Origin: the human T2T-CHM13v2.0 reference genome, Homo sapiens
Length of the DNA: 64,000 nucleotides
Assembly: GCF_009914755.1 (NCBI RefSeq)
Contig: NC_060931.1
Strand: one strand, 5' to 3'
Made by a program: the position numbers and the translations under genes
Part shown: positions 1 through 14,612 of the stretch, one piece after another
How positions within the stretch are numbered: the first letter of the stretch is position 1
Layout: every line of letters begins with the position of its first letter
Notes under the pieces: generated by a model
The model's database searches: none
What the model saw: the letters and a program-made list of their open reading frames with translations, nothing else
Told to the model about the DNA's origin: nothing

Positions 1-131
1 TTTTTGTATTTTTAGTAGAGACGGCGTTTCACCGTGTTGGCCAGGATGGTCTCCATCTCCCGACCTTATGATCCGCCCGCCTCGGCCTCCCAAAGTTCTG
101 GGATTACAGGCGTGAGCCACCGCGCCCGGCC
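1..131 (-). mobile_element. Alu (Y-like) left arm, truncated by window edge
   Basis: ...gggattacaggcgtgagccaccgcgcccggcc. Confidence 0.95.
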
Positions 132-243
132 GGAAAAGAGAATTCTTTAAAGGCCGGGAAAAGACCCAGCAATTCCACTCCTAGGAATCTACTCCAGAGA
201 AGTGAAAACGTACGTTCACACAGACACGCATAAGGCTGTTCAC

Positions 244-470
244 GCCGTATTGTTCATAATAGCTCCAAACAGAAAACAACACAAATGATGCCGCATTGTT
301 CATAATAGCTCCGAACAGCAAACAACCCAGATGACGCCGTATTGTTCATAATAGCTCCAAAGCGAAAACAACCCAAATGGTGCCGTATTGTTCATAATAG
401 CTCCAAACTGAAAACAACCCAGATGACGCCGTATTGTTCATAATAGCTCCAAACTGACAACAACCCACAG
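244..470 (+). repeat. 46-bp minisatellite x5 derived from L1 sequence
   Basis: gccgtattgttcataatagctccaaac.gaaaacaaccca.atga starting at 244, 290, 336, 382, 428. Confidence 0.95.
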
Positions 471-795
471 GTCCATGGCAGGGAGCGGGCGGTGATCAAA
501 TTACAGTAGATCCATACAATGGGATATTGTCAAGAAAGTACATAAATGTGCTAAAATATGGATGAACCTCAAAAAACACCCTGAGTGAAAGAAGCCAGAC
601 ACAAAAGACCACGTATTGAACGACTCTATTTATGTGTTTATTTACTTATTATCACTGTGTTATTTTTAGTCACGTATTGAATGACTCCATTTATTTATGT
701 ATTTATTTACTTTTATTATCACTATTTTTTATTTATTTTTAGAGTCACATATTGAATGACTCCATTTATTTATGTATGTATTTACTTTTGTCACT

Positions 796-1075
796 TTTTT
801 TGAGACAGGGTCTCACTCTGTCACCCAGATTAGGGCACAGTGGCACAATCCAGCTCACTGCAGCCTCAACCTCCCGGGTTCAAGGGATCCGCCCTCCTCC
901 CTCCTCCCCAAGTGGCTGGGACTCCAGGCACGCACCACCACACCCAGCTATTTTTTGTAGAGATCGGGTCTTGCTATGTTGGCTAGGCTGGTCTTGAACT
1001 CCTGAGCTCAAGCGATCCACCCACCTCAGCCTCCCAAAATGTTAGGATGACAGGCATGAGCCACCGCACCCACCC
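796..1075 (-). mobile_element. AluJ-like
   Basis: Antisense Alu consensus with T tail. Confidence 0.9.
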
Positions 1076-1323
1076 GACTCCGTTTATTTCAAATGTCCAG
1101 AAAATGCAGGCAGATTCATGGTGGACGGGGGTGGAAGTGAGGATTAACCATAAACAGGCACAAGGGAACTTTCTGGGATGATGGAAACGCTCTAAAATTG
1201 GATCATGATGATGGTGGCATAATTCTGTAAATTCGTTCAAAGTCACTGAATAGGCTACTTACAGTGGGTGAATTTTATCATATATGAATTCTACCTCTGT
1301 AAAGCTGTTTAAGAAACAAACTC

Positions 1324-1629
1324 GGCCGGGCGCGGTGGCTCACGCCTGTAATCCCAGCACTTTGGGGGGCCGAGGCGGGCGGATCACGAGGTCAGGAGAT
1401 CGAGACCATCCCGGCTAAAACGGTGAAACCCCGTCTCTACTAAAAATACAAAAAATTAGCCGGGCGTAGTGGCGGGCGCCTGTAGTCCCAGCTACTTGGG
1501 AGGCTGAGGCAGGAGAATGGCGTGAACCCGGGAGGCGGAGCTTGCAGTGAGCCAGTGAGCCGAGATCCCGCCACTGCACTCCAGCCTGGGCGACAGAGCG
1601 AGACTCCGTCTCAAAAAAAAAAAAAAAAA
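1324..1629 (+). mobile_element. AluYa5, full length, 13-bp TSD AAGAAACAAACTC
   Basis: Ya5 diagnostics (catcccggctaaaacgg, ggcgtagtgg, gctacttggg, gagatcccgcc), CpGs intact, TSD at 1311-1323 and 1632-1644. Confidence 0.93.
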
Positions 1630-1764
1630 GAAAGAAACAAACTCTGCCCCCTGCCGCAAGACCCCAGTCAACCCCATTTCCTAAAAACTAGCTGGTTTAT
1701 CAGGCAGCACACTCGGTTCACCACAGCAGGGCGTGGAGGGGGCAGTGAGACCGTGGGTCGCAGT

Positions 1765-1980
1765 CATCTGTCCTGGGTTCAAATCCCCGTCCCGCCACCT
1801 TGTCTTGAGCAGTGATTTTGCCACTCTGAGCCTCAGTTTCCCCTTCTGTAAAGGATGGATGGTGCTAACCCCGCACTTCACTGGGATGTGGAGTAGTACC
1901 TGGAATTCTGTGTACGGCAGAGCCTGGCACATAGCCGGTATTCCATCAAGTGCTGAGCACATTGGCCGTTGGTATGAATG
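1765..1980 (+). mobile_element. MIR fragment
   Basis: ctgggttcaaatcc...ctgagcctcagtttcccc core. Confidence 0.7.
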
Positions 1981-2320
1981 CTATAATTACCTTGAAAATA
2001 ATCAGACTCTGCCATTGCAAAAGAGAAAGACAACAGTCTTTAATTTTAAACTTCCTGATACTATATTCAGTCACTCTTTCATGCCATCTTCAAACTGCAT
2101 TGGCATGACAATTTACATTTACAATTTTGGATGAGAAATACCGCAAGATTTACTCACACCTTCCACCTCCCAGGACACACTTTAAAACCATGAGCTTAGG
2201 CAGCGCGAGGCACGGGGAATCCCTAAAGGAATAAGACCTGGACCCTGCGTCCTTCAGGGAGGAAAGCGTGAGAACAACTGGACGATCCTTCGCAGCTCAC
2301 TCATAAAAAGTCATAGCTTT

Positions 2321-2955
<635 letters not shown>

Positions 2956-4251
2956 TACACTAAGCCCTAAGTCTTCATCTTGCAGACAAACAGAGGTGCT
3001 AAGTCACGGGCCACATGCACCCCCTCCTGTGCCCTCACCTACACAGGCAGGCAGCACAGGGCACCGACAGGCGGGATGTTCAACCTGCGTCAGGATGAAC
3101 CCTCATATTATAGAATGACTCCCCTGTTCAAGGCATCGTTGAAATGTCCGTGATGCTCTTAAAATCCTGCTGGAATCACTCACTCCCGGCTCCTGCTCCA
3201 CCCCACACTGTGAGGAGCTGGAGGTACACAATGAGGTGGGGAAACTGAGGCGCGCACATTCGGAACGGGGTTTTGCTCCTCCTTGGGTGTGCAGAGGCTG
3301 AGGGGGGTCTCCACGGGAAGCCCTCTCTGCCTGCAGGCTCTTGCATCAGGAGGGAAGCCCCACTCGGACGCCATCCCGGGGTCCAGCATCCCTCCGAGGG
3401 CCCACCCTCCACTCCCCGCTGCCAGGGAGCCCTCCCAGCACTGAGGGGGCACCAGTCTGGCCATGCGAGTGCCCACAACTGGAAGGAAGCAATGCAGGGC
3501 CGTTCTCAGCCTCAGCAGCTGAGCGTCCACCCCCAGGCCTCCGGACAGGGAGACTTTCAACCCACCAGGGCCTGGGTGGCTGGACCACAGCCCAGCAAAG
3601 GGCAAACCCCAGCTCTCCCTCCCAGAGGGCAGGCACCAGGGCCAGACCCTTCCCCCAGACACCTCCCATAGCCTTCCAGGGAAGCGGGCCCCAAAGAGGC
3701 TGGACCGGGCAGTGCCGTCGGCCAAAGGGTCCCGTGTGCTGCAGAGCTGAGTCCTGGGCCTGCTCAGAGGCCGCCCAGGCCACCCCGTCTCACGATGGGG
3801 AGATGTGAGACCCTGAAAAGGTGACCCAAGACAAGCCTCTTCTCCGCAATGAGCCGTCTCTTCAGCCTCTATAAATAAGGCGCAGTGTGGACGAGTGAGG
3901 GCAAAGGGCCCCGTGATTCACTGCAGATCCCTGATTTAGAAATCCGGAAGAGAAATCTGGCAGGGATGCCTCCTCCACCACATCCTCCCCTCACACCCCT
4001 CGCGGAGGCCAGAGAGGGCAGCACCCACCCAAGGTCACTCGGCAGGCAGCAGGCACAGCATGAGAACCCGGCCTGCAGCACCCAAGTCCGGTCCTCTCCC
4101 TCCTACAGAAAGGAGCAGAGAGAGCCGAAGACGCGGCAGGAGGGATCCAGGTACAGGCGAGACCCAGGTGTTTCTGAGCCAGGCTGCAATGCTTCTAAGA
4201 TCTCACCTATGCAGATTTCTTAGAAGAAAGATCAATCTCACTCAGTCTACT

Positions 4252-4470
4252 TGGGCGCAGTGGCTCAAGCCTGTAATCCCAGCACTTTGGGAGGCCGAGG
4301 CAGGAGGATTGCTTGAGCCCAGGGGTTCAAGACCAGCCCAAGCAACATAGCAAGACCCTGTCTCTACTAAAAATAAAAATAATTAGCCGGGTGTGATGGC
4401 GAGCCCCTGTGGTCCCAGCTACTCAGGAGGCTAAGATGGGAGGATCACTCAAGCCTGGGAGGTCAAGACT
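4252..4470 (+). mobile_element. AluJ-like, 3' truncated
   Basis: Alu consensus ending in right arm. Confidence 0.88.
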
Positions 4471-4930
4471 CAAAGCCAGTCCCACAGCCGTCACGGACAG
4501 GCTGTTTCTCTGAAGCTGTTCAGGGAATAAAGTCTGGGAGGGCCTGGGAGGCAGTGAGACGAGTTCCAAGCCCTCCAGCCTCCAGGCCTGTGTTCCAGTG
4601 CCCTGGGGAGAGGCCTGGGGCTCCCAGGGGACCCTGGGATCCCGGATGTGCGTCTACTGGGAGGGGACCGTGAGGTCAGCATGCGGGGGTGCTCCCTGAG
4701 CCCCAGGGAGTACAGGCAGGTTGCCGTCCACTCGCCAGTCAGACCCCTCTGGGGCTCTGTGGCCCAGCCCCGATCTGGTCCCTGTTTTCAGAGCAGTGAT
4801 GCCAGGGTACCCGGAAAGGGCAGGAGCTGACAGCAAAGTCCAAGTGTGCACCTGACCCCACGAGGCCCACAGCTGAGATTCCGGCTCCTTCGTCACCAAC
4901 ATGTTGCTCAGTAACCCCAACTGCACGCTA

Positions 4931-5223
<293 letters not shown>

Positions 5224-6404
5224 TGAGTGCTACGTTTTAAGAGAACAATTTCAGTGATTCTAGAAGGACGGTGCATAAATTCTAAACCTGGGGAAATCCA
5301 AATTCATGAACTTTTCTGCTTCTGCAATTCCAAGTGCCAAGCAGCTCGATGGTGGGGCAGGAAGACACAGAAAATGGTTCCTCCTTCTTCTTGGCCCCGA
5401 GCTAATGACAGCTCTGGAGTAACTGAAAGAAGAGCGGAGCTCGTTTCCTAATGGGGCTGCGTGCAGAATCATGGCTATTTCCACACAATTAAACCTTGTT
5501 TCCCATAAAAACATCACTTAGAAATGGCTTCACGCTTCTCCCTCTGAACCCCTGAACTCACAATGAGATGCATGAAATCACACGATGATGAAATGGCTCA
5601 GAGTGCTCAGCATCCTACGACGGGGCCGCTACTGCACAGGTAATTAAGACTAAGCCATGTTAACCAAACTAAATTAAAACCAAGATTTAAATGCTTAAAT
5701 TGGCCATCCGCCCGATCATAACAGGAAGAGGGTCCAAATCCAAAAAGGCCATTAGCTGAGCTCACACCCGGCAGGATCACAGGCGAAGGGCCCTGGGCTG
5801 AGGGCGGCAGCGGTACACCTGGCAGGGAGCCGGGGGCCCTGGCAGGGGTGACACTGCCCCCCACTCCTGGCCCAGGCTGCTCAGCTTCCACAAAAGTGAA
5901 ACACCAAAGGGGCCACCCAGAGGTGGGGAAGAAAGGGGCATGGGACGCAACATGGCCGGCCAGAGCCACACAGCCGACCACCTGTCCCCTCTCTCCCACG
6001 TCCTACAGGGCGCCCAAACTCTTGTGGCCAAAACCAGCCTGCCTGCCCACCTCCTCCGGGGTTGGGGGCACCAGCAACCCCCAACCTGCGGATCAGCCTT
6101 CCTCACTCCCGTTCTCACCCTCCCATGTCAGGTCCTCAGCAAAACCCGTTGGTCTAACCAAGGGCCATCACCCAGTCTGTCCACTGTCCCGTCTCCAGCC
6201 CACCCAAGCCAGCATCACCTGTGGCTGGGACAACTCTCCTGGCCTCTCCTGCTGCCCCGTAGCCTCCTCGTCCTCTCCCATCCATGCCCCCTCTATGATC
6301 CCAACACCCCCCAGCAGCTCCCACTCCGTCCGGTCTTTAATCCCATAACCATGAATAACCACCCATTTGCTATCCAAAGAGTTTTCTTAAAACACGTACC
6401 TCCA

Positions 6405-6712
6405 GGCCAGGCGCGGTGGCTCATGCCTGTAATCCCAGCACTTTGGGGGGCCGAGACAAGTGGATCACAAGGTCAGGAGATCGAGACCATCCTGGCTAAC
6501 ACAGTGAAACCCCGTCTCTACTAAAAATACAAAAAATTAGCCGGGCGAGGTGGCAGGCGCCTGTAGTCCCAGCTACTCAGGAGGCTGAGGCAGGAGAATG
6601 GCATGAACCTGGGGGGGCAGAGCCTGCAGTGAGCCGAGATCGCACCACTGCACTCCAGCCTGGGCAACAACGAGACTTCGTCTCCAAAAAAAAAAAAAAA
6701 AAAAAAAAAAAA
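6405..6712 (+). mobile_element. AluY
   Basis: gagatcgagaccatcctggctaacac diagnostic. Confidence 0.9.
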
Positions 6713-6758
6713 CTCCTCGCATGTTGTTTTTCAGTTAGCACCTAAAATGCTTCATTAT

Positions 6759-7052
<294 letters not shown>

Positions 7053-7210
7053 CTACGTACCTCTTCACTTGTTTTTAAGTTAGCATCTATAATGTTTCAT
7101 TACAAGTTTAGGTAGTTGCAAAAAGGAGTAATTTCTGGCCTATTGTGAAAGTTGGTATTTTAACTGCCCTTCTCTCTTTTAAACATAGCCAATGAAATAT
7201 AAACCCATAG

Positions 7211-7729
<519 letters not shown>

Positions 7730-7761
7730 TCACGGAGAAAATTTAAGAACTTTTAACATTT

Positions 7762-8066
<305 letters not shown>

Positions 8067-8440
8067 TTAAAAGCTTTTAACATTTAGAATGTTTCCACTG
8101 CTCCTTTTCTCCTCGAATGAGTATTTCTAGCCCATTTCCCACAGAATTTATCCCAATGTAAAAATGTTTTAATTTAAAACGTATCTTAATATTTTTTGAT
8201 CTCCCTATCATGCTTCCTTGTAAAAGACGCGTTGAATGTTTGGAATTATTTTCCCTGTGAACACAAGGTTATAAGCATCATATTTTTCTTCAGGATTTCT
8301 TTTTAGTGTTAGCAGACAGTTAACTAAACGTTTATACATTAACATTTTTGGTAAGTAATTATTCAATTGAAGAAGTAAAGCTATTTTCGAAATACATCAT
8401 TTAGTGTGTTTTATATTTACACTGATTTATATGTAGCGCC

Positions 8441-8997
8441 TTATTTATTTATTTATTTATTTATTTTTATTTTTTGAGACAGGGTCTTGCTCTGTTGTCC
8501 AGGCTGGATTGCAGTGACGACCCTGGGTCACTGCAGCCTCCAACTCCCAGACCCAAGCGATCCTCCCATCTCAGCCTCCTGAATAGCTGCATGAGCCACC
8601 AGGCCTGGCTAATTTTTTGTTCTTTGCAGAGATTAGTGTCTTGCTATGTTGCCCAGGCTGCTCTCAAAGTCCTGGACTGAAGCGATCCCCCCATCTCAGC
8701 TTCCTGAGTAGCTGGGACCACAGGCAAGCACCACCACACCTGGCTAATTTTCTGTTTTTTTGTAGAGCTTGAGGTCTTGCTATGCTGCCCAGGCTATGTT
8801 CACGTGATCCTCCTGCCTCAGCCTCCTGAGTAGCTGCATGAGCCACCAGGCCCAGCTAATTTTTTTTTTTTTTTTTTGTAGAGATTAGGGTCTTGCTATG
8901 CGGCCCAGGCTGGTCTCAAACTCCTATGCTCAAGTGATCCTCCTGCCTCAGCCTCCTAGAGCTCTGGGATTACAGGCATCAGCCATCATGCCCAGCC
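8441..8997 (-). mobile_element. Rearranged AluJ-like element with internal tandem duplications
   Basis: Repeated tagctgcatgagccaccaggcc..gctaattttt...agagattag.gtcttgctatg blocks. Confidence 0.8.
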
Positions 8998-9599
8998 TGT
9001 AGTGCCTTGTTTATAAGAAGCATCTGGCCATGCCGTTGTGAGGTGACTGCAATCTGTGCAGGCAGGACCCAGGTGTGTGAGTGAGTGTGCCTTCTCTGAT
9101 GAAGAGGACAGGTGGCCTCAATGGCAGTTCTGAGAATGCAGACCTGGGACTGTGGACCCTGTCTGAGGGACCCTAGAGGGTCTGCATCCCAAGGGTCTGT
9201 GTGCCCTGCTGGAAAACCACAGCCCCCAGAGCCACTGCCACCCCAACTCAGCCCCTCCCTCCCTCCCTGCTCACTCCACCTGATCAGTTCCAACCACGAA
9301 AGGCTCTTTCCAGCCCTCCAGCCTTCACACCGGCTGCACCTCCGAACCTCCAGCTCTGGGCTGCAAACACCCCCTCCTCTGGGAGTCATTCCTGGCTCTG
9401 GTGCCCTCACCCACTGCCTGCCTGGTGCACTTCTGGCACAGCCTCCCGCCCCTGCACACGTCCCGCCATTGCCACCCGAACAGCGTGGGGCACCTGTGGA
9501 ATGGAGGCGCAATGGCGGTGGGTGGGGGCTCTGCCTGGGGACAGCCCCTTTTCTGCCTTTGACTGCGCCAACTTCAAGGACAGAGGGAACAGGCCTGAA

Positions 9600-9695
9600 G
9601 CTCAGAGAGGTCATGTCATTTGCAAAGGTCACGTGGCCCACAGGCAGCTCAGAGACGTCACGTCATTTGCCAAGGTCACGTGGCCAGCAGGCAGC
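9600..9695 (+). repeat. 47-bp tandem duplication of a MIR-like segment
   Basis: gctcagaga.gtca.gtcatttgc.aaggtcacgtggcc x2. Confidence 0.85.
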
Positions 9696-10367
9696 AGGCT
9701 GGGACCGAGCCCAGAGGCGTCTGAGGCAAAGCTGCTGCCTCCCTCCCTGCCCGTGCTGGCGGATGCCTGCGGGACTCATCCTGGAGCACCCCTGGCTCAC
9801 CGGCCACCGAGAGCCCTGACTCAGCTTCTTCTGTGCAGCAAAACAGTCCTAAGCATCATCACCTCTCTGGACCAGGAAGCTCAGAGGCACAGAGGCTAGT
9901 CCAAGCCATTCAAGCCCTGCTGCCTTCTGGAAGCTTCCCCGGGTTCCTGCTTTGGTGCTGAAACTCCTTCAGGTCTGGAATTTGGGGGCTGCTCAAGAGC
10001 AGGTGCCAAATCTACTCTGCCCTGTCTCTGCCTCCTACAGGCACCCAGACAGGACCCAGCATACAGCCAGGCTCCTAGGGGCCTCTGGCCCTCAAGTCCG
10101 CAGGGACCTGCCATGAGGGGTGATTGCAAGGGGCAAACCAGGCTGTGCATGTAGCATGCCTATAGGGACGTGTGCCATGGAGGAAGCATGATCCATGTTG
10201 ACTGACAAAGCCAGCCTGAAAATTCATACGAGTTCCATGTTCCTCGGAAAGGACCCCGAAACACATGATGCCTTACAGAGCTCTTCCACGAGGCTTTAGC
10301 AATCTCTGACTCCCAAGGCCCTGTGTTATTTATCACACAGACTTCACGTGTCAACAAAACACTCCCA

Positions 10368-11487
10368 CTAGGAACCTGGGAAACCCCCTGTCAGAAGACA
10401 GTTCACACCCGTGCAGCGCTAGGAACCTGGGAAACCCCCTGTCAGAAGACAGTTCACACCCACACAGTGCTAGGAACCTGGGAAACCCCCTGTCAGAAGA
10501 CAGTTCACACCCACACAGCGCTAGGAACCTGGGGAAACCCCTCTCGGAACACAGTTCACACCCACACAGCGCTAGGAACCTGGGGAAACCCCTCTCGGAA
10601 GACAGTTCACACCCACACGGAGCTAGGAACCTGGGGAAACCCCTCTCGGAACACAGTTCACACCCACACAGCGCTAGGAACCTGGGGAAACCCCTCTCGG
10701 AAGACAGTTCACACCCACACGGAGCTAGGAACCTGGGGAAACCCCTCTCGGAAGACAGTTCACACCCACACAACGCTAGGAACCTGGGGAAACCCCTCTC
10801 GGAACACAGTTCACACCCACACAGCGCTAGGAACCTGGGGAAACCCCTCTCGGAAGACAGTTCACACCCACACGGAGCTAGGAACCTGGGGAAACCCCTC
10901 TCGGAACACAGTTCACACCCACACAACGCTAGGAACCTGGGGAAACCCCTCTCGGAACACAGTTCACACCCACACAGCGCTAGGAACCTGGGGAAACCCC
11001 TCTCGGAAGACAGTTCACACCCACACAGTGCTAGGAACCTGGGAAAACCCCTCTCGGAACACAGTTCACACCCGCACAGCGCTAGGAACCTGGGGAAACC
11101 CCTCTCGGAACACAGTTCACACCCACACAGCGCTAGGAACCTGGGAAAACCCCTCTCGGAAGACAGTTCACACCCACGCAGCGCTAGGAACCTGGGGAAA
11201 CCCCTCTCGGAACACAGTTCACACCCACACAGAGCTAGGAACCTGGGGAAACCCCTCTCGGAAGACAGTTCACACCCGTGCAGCACTAGGAACCTGGGGA
11301 AACCCCTCTCGGAAGACAGTTCACACCCACGCAGCGCTAGGAACCTGGGGAAACCCCTCTCGGAAGACAGTTCACACCCACACAGTGCTAGGAACCTGGG
11401 GAAACCCCTCTCGGAAGAAAGTTCATACCCACGCAGTGCTAGGAACCTGGGGAAACCCCTCTTGGAAGACAGTTCACGCTCACACAG
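10368..11487 (+). repeat. 51-bp VNTR, about 22 copies
   Basis: ctaggaacctggggaaacccctctcggaagacagttcacacccacacagcg. Confidence 0.98.
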
Positions 11488-11679
11488 GAGACTATTTTGT
11501 AAATCTGGAGGTTCTGCCCTAGGGACTGGCAGTCCAGGCTCACCATTTGTGATGTGGGAGTGTCTCGTTTTCCCAGCTTGCTGTCCAGGGTCGCTGGAAG
11601 GGATAGAGATTTGGAGCCAGAGACAATTCCCAACCCATTCAATAAGGATTTCTTGGCTCCAATAACTGGTACTCGGGTA

Positions 11680-12590
11680 TTTTGGTTATTTATTGTTACA
11701 TAACAAACCACCTCAAACAGAGTGCCTTGACAAAAAAATTCACTCTTCCTCATGGTTCTGTGGGTTGATGGGGCAGGCCTCCTCCCTCCCATGGTGTTGG
11801 CTGGGATGGCTGATTTCCACACAGGGTGGTTGGTGGTGGCCACCGGCCTGGCACTCAGGGATGCCACTGGCCAGGAGTCCCAGCTCCACCCCCAGGAGTC
11901 CCTCCACATGACTGCTTGGGCTTCCCCACTGCATGGTGGCTGGGCGCCAAGAAGGACCCGCTCCCAGTGGACAAGTGCTTCTCCAGCCTCTCCTGGCATC
12001 ACACTTGCTAATGTACCATTGGCCAAACCCAGCCACACAGCCAGGCCCAGAGCCAACGCAGAAGGAACTACACAAGTGGGGAGCCAGGCCAGTGTCTGAG
12101 GCTCTTTGGGGGCCACCAATGTCAAGTACACCATAGGGAACCTTGGGGTGGGTTGAATTCAGGAATTCAACGAGGCCTTCAAAGACCCAGGTTCTGTCCA
12201 TTTCTGTACTTTGCAGCAGCAGCCTCTTCCCAACACTGCCTCCCAAGCTTCCCATTCACCCACCTCATCGTTCAGAAGGAAAGTGAGGGCTGGCTTCCAG
12301 AAGTGTAGTTATCCCCAGGGAGCAAGGTCCCTTTCCCAGAAGCCTTTAGTAAACTCTCTTTGCTTCTCATGGGACCACTGCTAAGCAAGGCCACCTGGCC
12401 ACTGGACAGGGGCCTCAGGAACTGTCCTGAGCTGGTTGGCTTAGTCTTGGGTTACCTGATCCAGTCACAGTCGTTGATGGATGGACTCATCCAGAATGGG
12501 CTAAAATAAGGGCTACTCCAAAAGCTCATGGTAGATTCAATCCCCTCCCAAACCACATGGTGCTACATAGCTGGGGAGGGGTGGGAATAA
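11680..12590 (-). mobile_element. MLT1-type MaLR LTR fragments (probably two)
   Basis: tattgttacataacaaaccacctcaaa...catggttctgtgggttga; ccattggccaaa; aaagacccaggttct. Confidence 0.6.
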
Positions 12591-12689
12591 TGGAGAATCA
12601 ACTCCAACATCCATTGCAGATGATTTCTAGGAAAGCACAACAAGAGGCCAAATGGGTTATATACACTTAATGTGGTGTTATAACTAGTG

Positions 12690-13770
12690 CTCATCACCCT
12701 TATTACCATGATAATTATCATCATCACTATCACCATCATCACCAACATCACCATCATCACCTTCATCACCATCACTACCATCATCACCATCACCTTCACC
12801 ATCACCACCACTATCTTCATCTCCATCACCATCATCACCATCATCATCCCTTCATGATCATCATCATTGCCGTCTTCATCACCATCTCTATCTTCACCAC
12901 CGTCACCATCATCATCACCATCCTTATCACTTCACAATCACCATCTTCATCACCATCACCATCTTCATCACGATCCTCACCATCCTCCTCACCATCTTCA
13001 TCACCATCACCATCATCACCATCATTTCTTCACAATCACTATCATTGCCATCTTCATCACCATCACCATCTTCACCACTATCACCATCATTATCACCATC
13101 TTCATCACCATCATCACCATCCTCATCACCATCATCACCATCCTCATCACCATCTTCACCACCATCACCATCATCACCATCTTTATCACCATCATCACCA
13201 TCCTCATCACTATCCTCATCACCATCTTCATCTCCATCACTGTCATTACCATCATCATTTCTTCACAATAACTATCATTGCCATCTTCATCACCATCACC
13301 ATCTTCACTACTATCACCATCATCATCACCATCTTCATCACTACCATCACCAAATCACCATCTTCATCCCCTCACTATCACCATCACTGCTATCTTCATC
13401 ACCATCATCACCATCCTTATCACCTTCACCATCACCATCATCACCATTTACATCACCATCACCATCTTCACCACCTTCACCATCACCATCATCACCATCC
13501 TCATCACCTTCATCATCACCATCATTGCCATTTTCATCACCATCAATATCTTCACCATCACCATCCTCATCACCTTCACCATCACCATCTACATCATCAC
13601 CATCCTCATCACCGTCACCACCATTCTTATCACCTTCACCATCACCATCTTCATCACCATCACTATCACCATTTTTATCACCATTACCATCAACTTTAAC
13701 ATCACCACCATCATCACCACCAACACTCATTATCACCATCACCACCATCAACATCATTGTTATCATTGCC
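12690..13770 (+). repeat. (CAT/CAC)n degenerate trinucleotide tract, about 1.08 kb
   Basis: Direct reading. Confidence 0.97.
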
Positions 13771-13879
13771 GTTGCCTCCAAGGAATCTCATAACCAAGAG
13801 AGGAGCCCAGCACTGGAAACAAACCTCATAGCTGAACCATCTCAGGCTAGACAGGGCCCCTTTCTTTAGAATCAACTAA

Positions 13880-14612
13880 CCACTTACCACTGCCAGTGGT
13901 ACTGCCCTGATCCCAGAAATCAGCATCTCCTGCCTGGAATTAGCAAAACAACCTCTTAACTGGGTTTTCCACTTCTGCCCTTGTCCCCCTACCTTCTATT
14001 CTTAGTGGAGAGCCAGACAGACCCTGCTAAATAAAACATGTAAGAGCCGACATGCTATGCCTTCTAGGGCCTCCCATCTCAGAATAAAAGCCAAAGTCCT
14101 TGCAGTGACCCAGAATGCCCTACAAGATCTGGCGCCTCTTCCTCTGTGTTTTCATCACCTGTCAATGGCCTCTTCCCAGGCTCTGCTCTGGCTTCACTGG
14201 CCTCCTTGTTAATTCTTGGACAACCAGGCATGCCCCTGACCACAGGGCCTTTGCACCTGCCCTCCTGCTGCCGGCAATGCTCTTTCCCCAGATAAATTCC
14301 TGGTTCACTTCCTCTTTCCCCCAGGTATTTCCTCAATCTTCCCTTCTCAGCATGGCTTTTCCAGGCCCCCCTCCAAAACTGCATCCCCATCCCCTGCATC
14401 ATCTTGTGTTTCTTTTTGGCACTTCTTACTGCCTCATCCTATATTCTAACAATTTATTTCATTTACTCATTGTCTCTTCCATTAGAAAAGAGTTGAGTAA
14501 AGCCAGGTATGGTAGGGGTGGTCTGTGTTGCGCATCTTGTATCTGCAGCCCCTCGGGCAGGGCCTGGCCTGAAGGAGATCCTCACTAAACATTTGTTGAA
14601 TGAATGAGTGAG
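13880..14612 (+). mobile_element. L2 3' fragment
   Basis: cagaataaaagccaaagtcctt, cagggcctttgcacctgc, terminal aaacatttgttgaatgaatga. Confidence 0.75.

Larger units (their letters stand above)
160..1310 (+). mobile_element. Old L1M (MC/ME-type) 3' fragment, interrupted by a minisatellite and an Alu
   Basis: gacccagcaattccactcctagg, atggatgaacctc, tgagtgaaagaagccagacacaaaag, gggatgatggaaa are L1M 3' motifs. Confidence 0.8.

Noticed and set aside
10368-11487. CRISPR-like appearance of this and other arrays
   Set aside because: Contiguous tandem units with no unique spacers, no cas genes, primate DNA
10323-11522. 399 aa (+) and 311 aa (-) repeat ORFs
   Set aside because: A 51-bp unit is a multiple of 3, so stop-free frames are expected; no coding evidence
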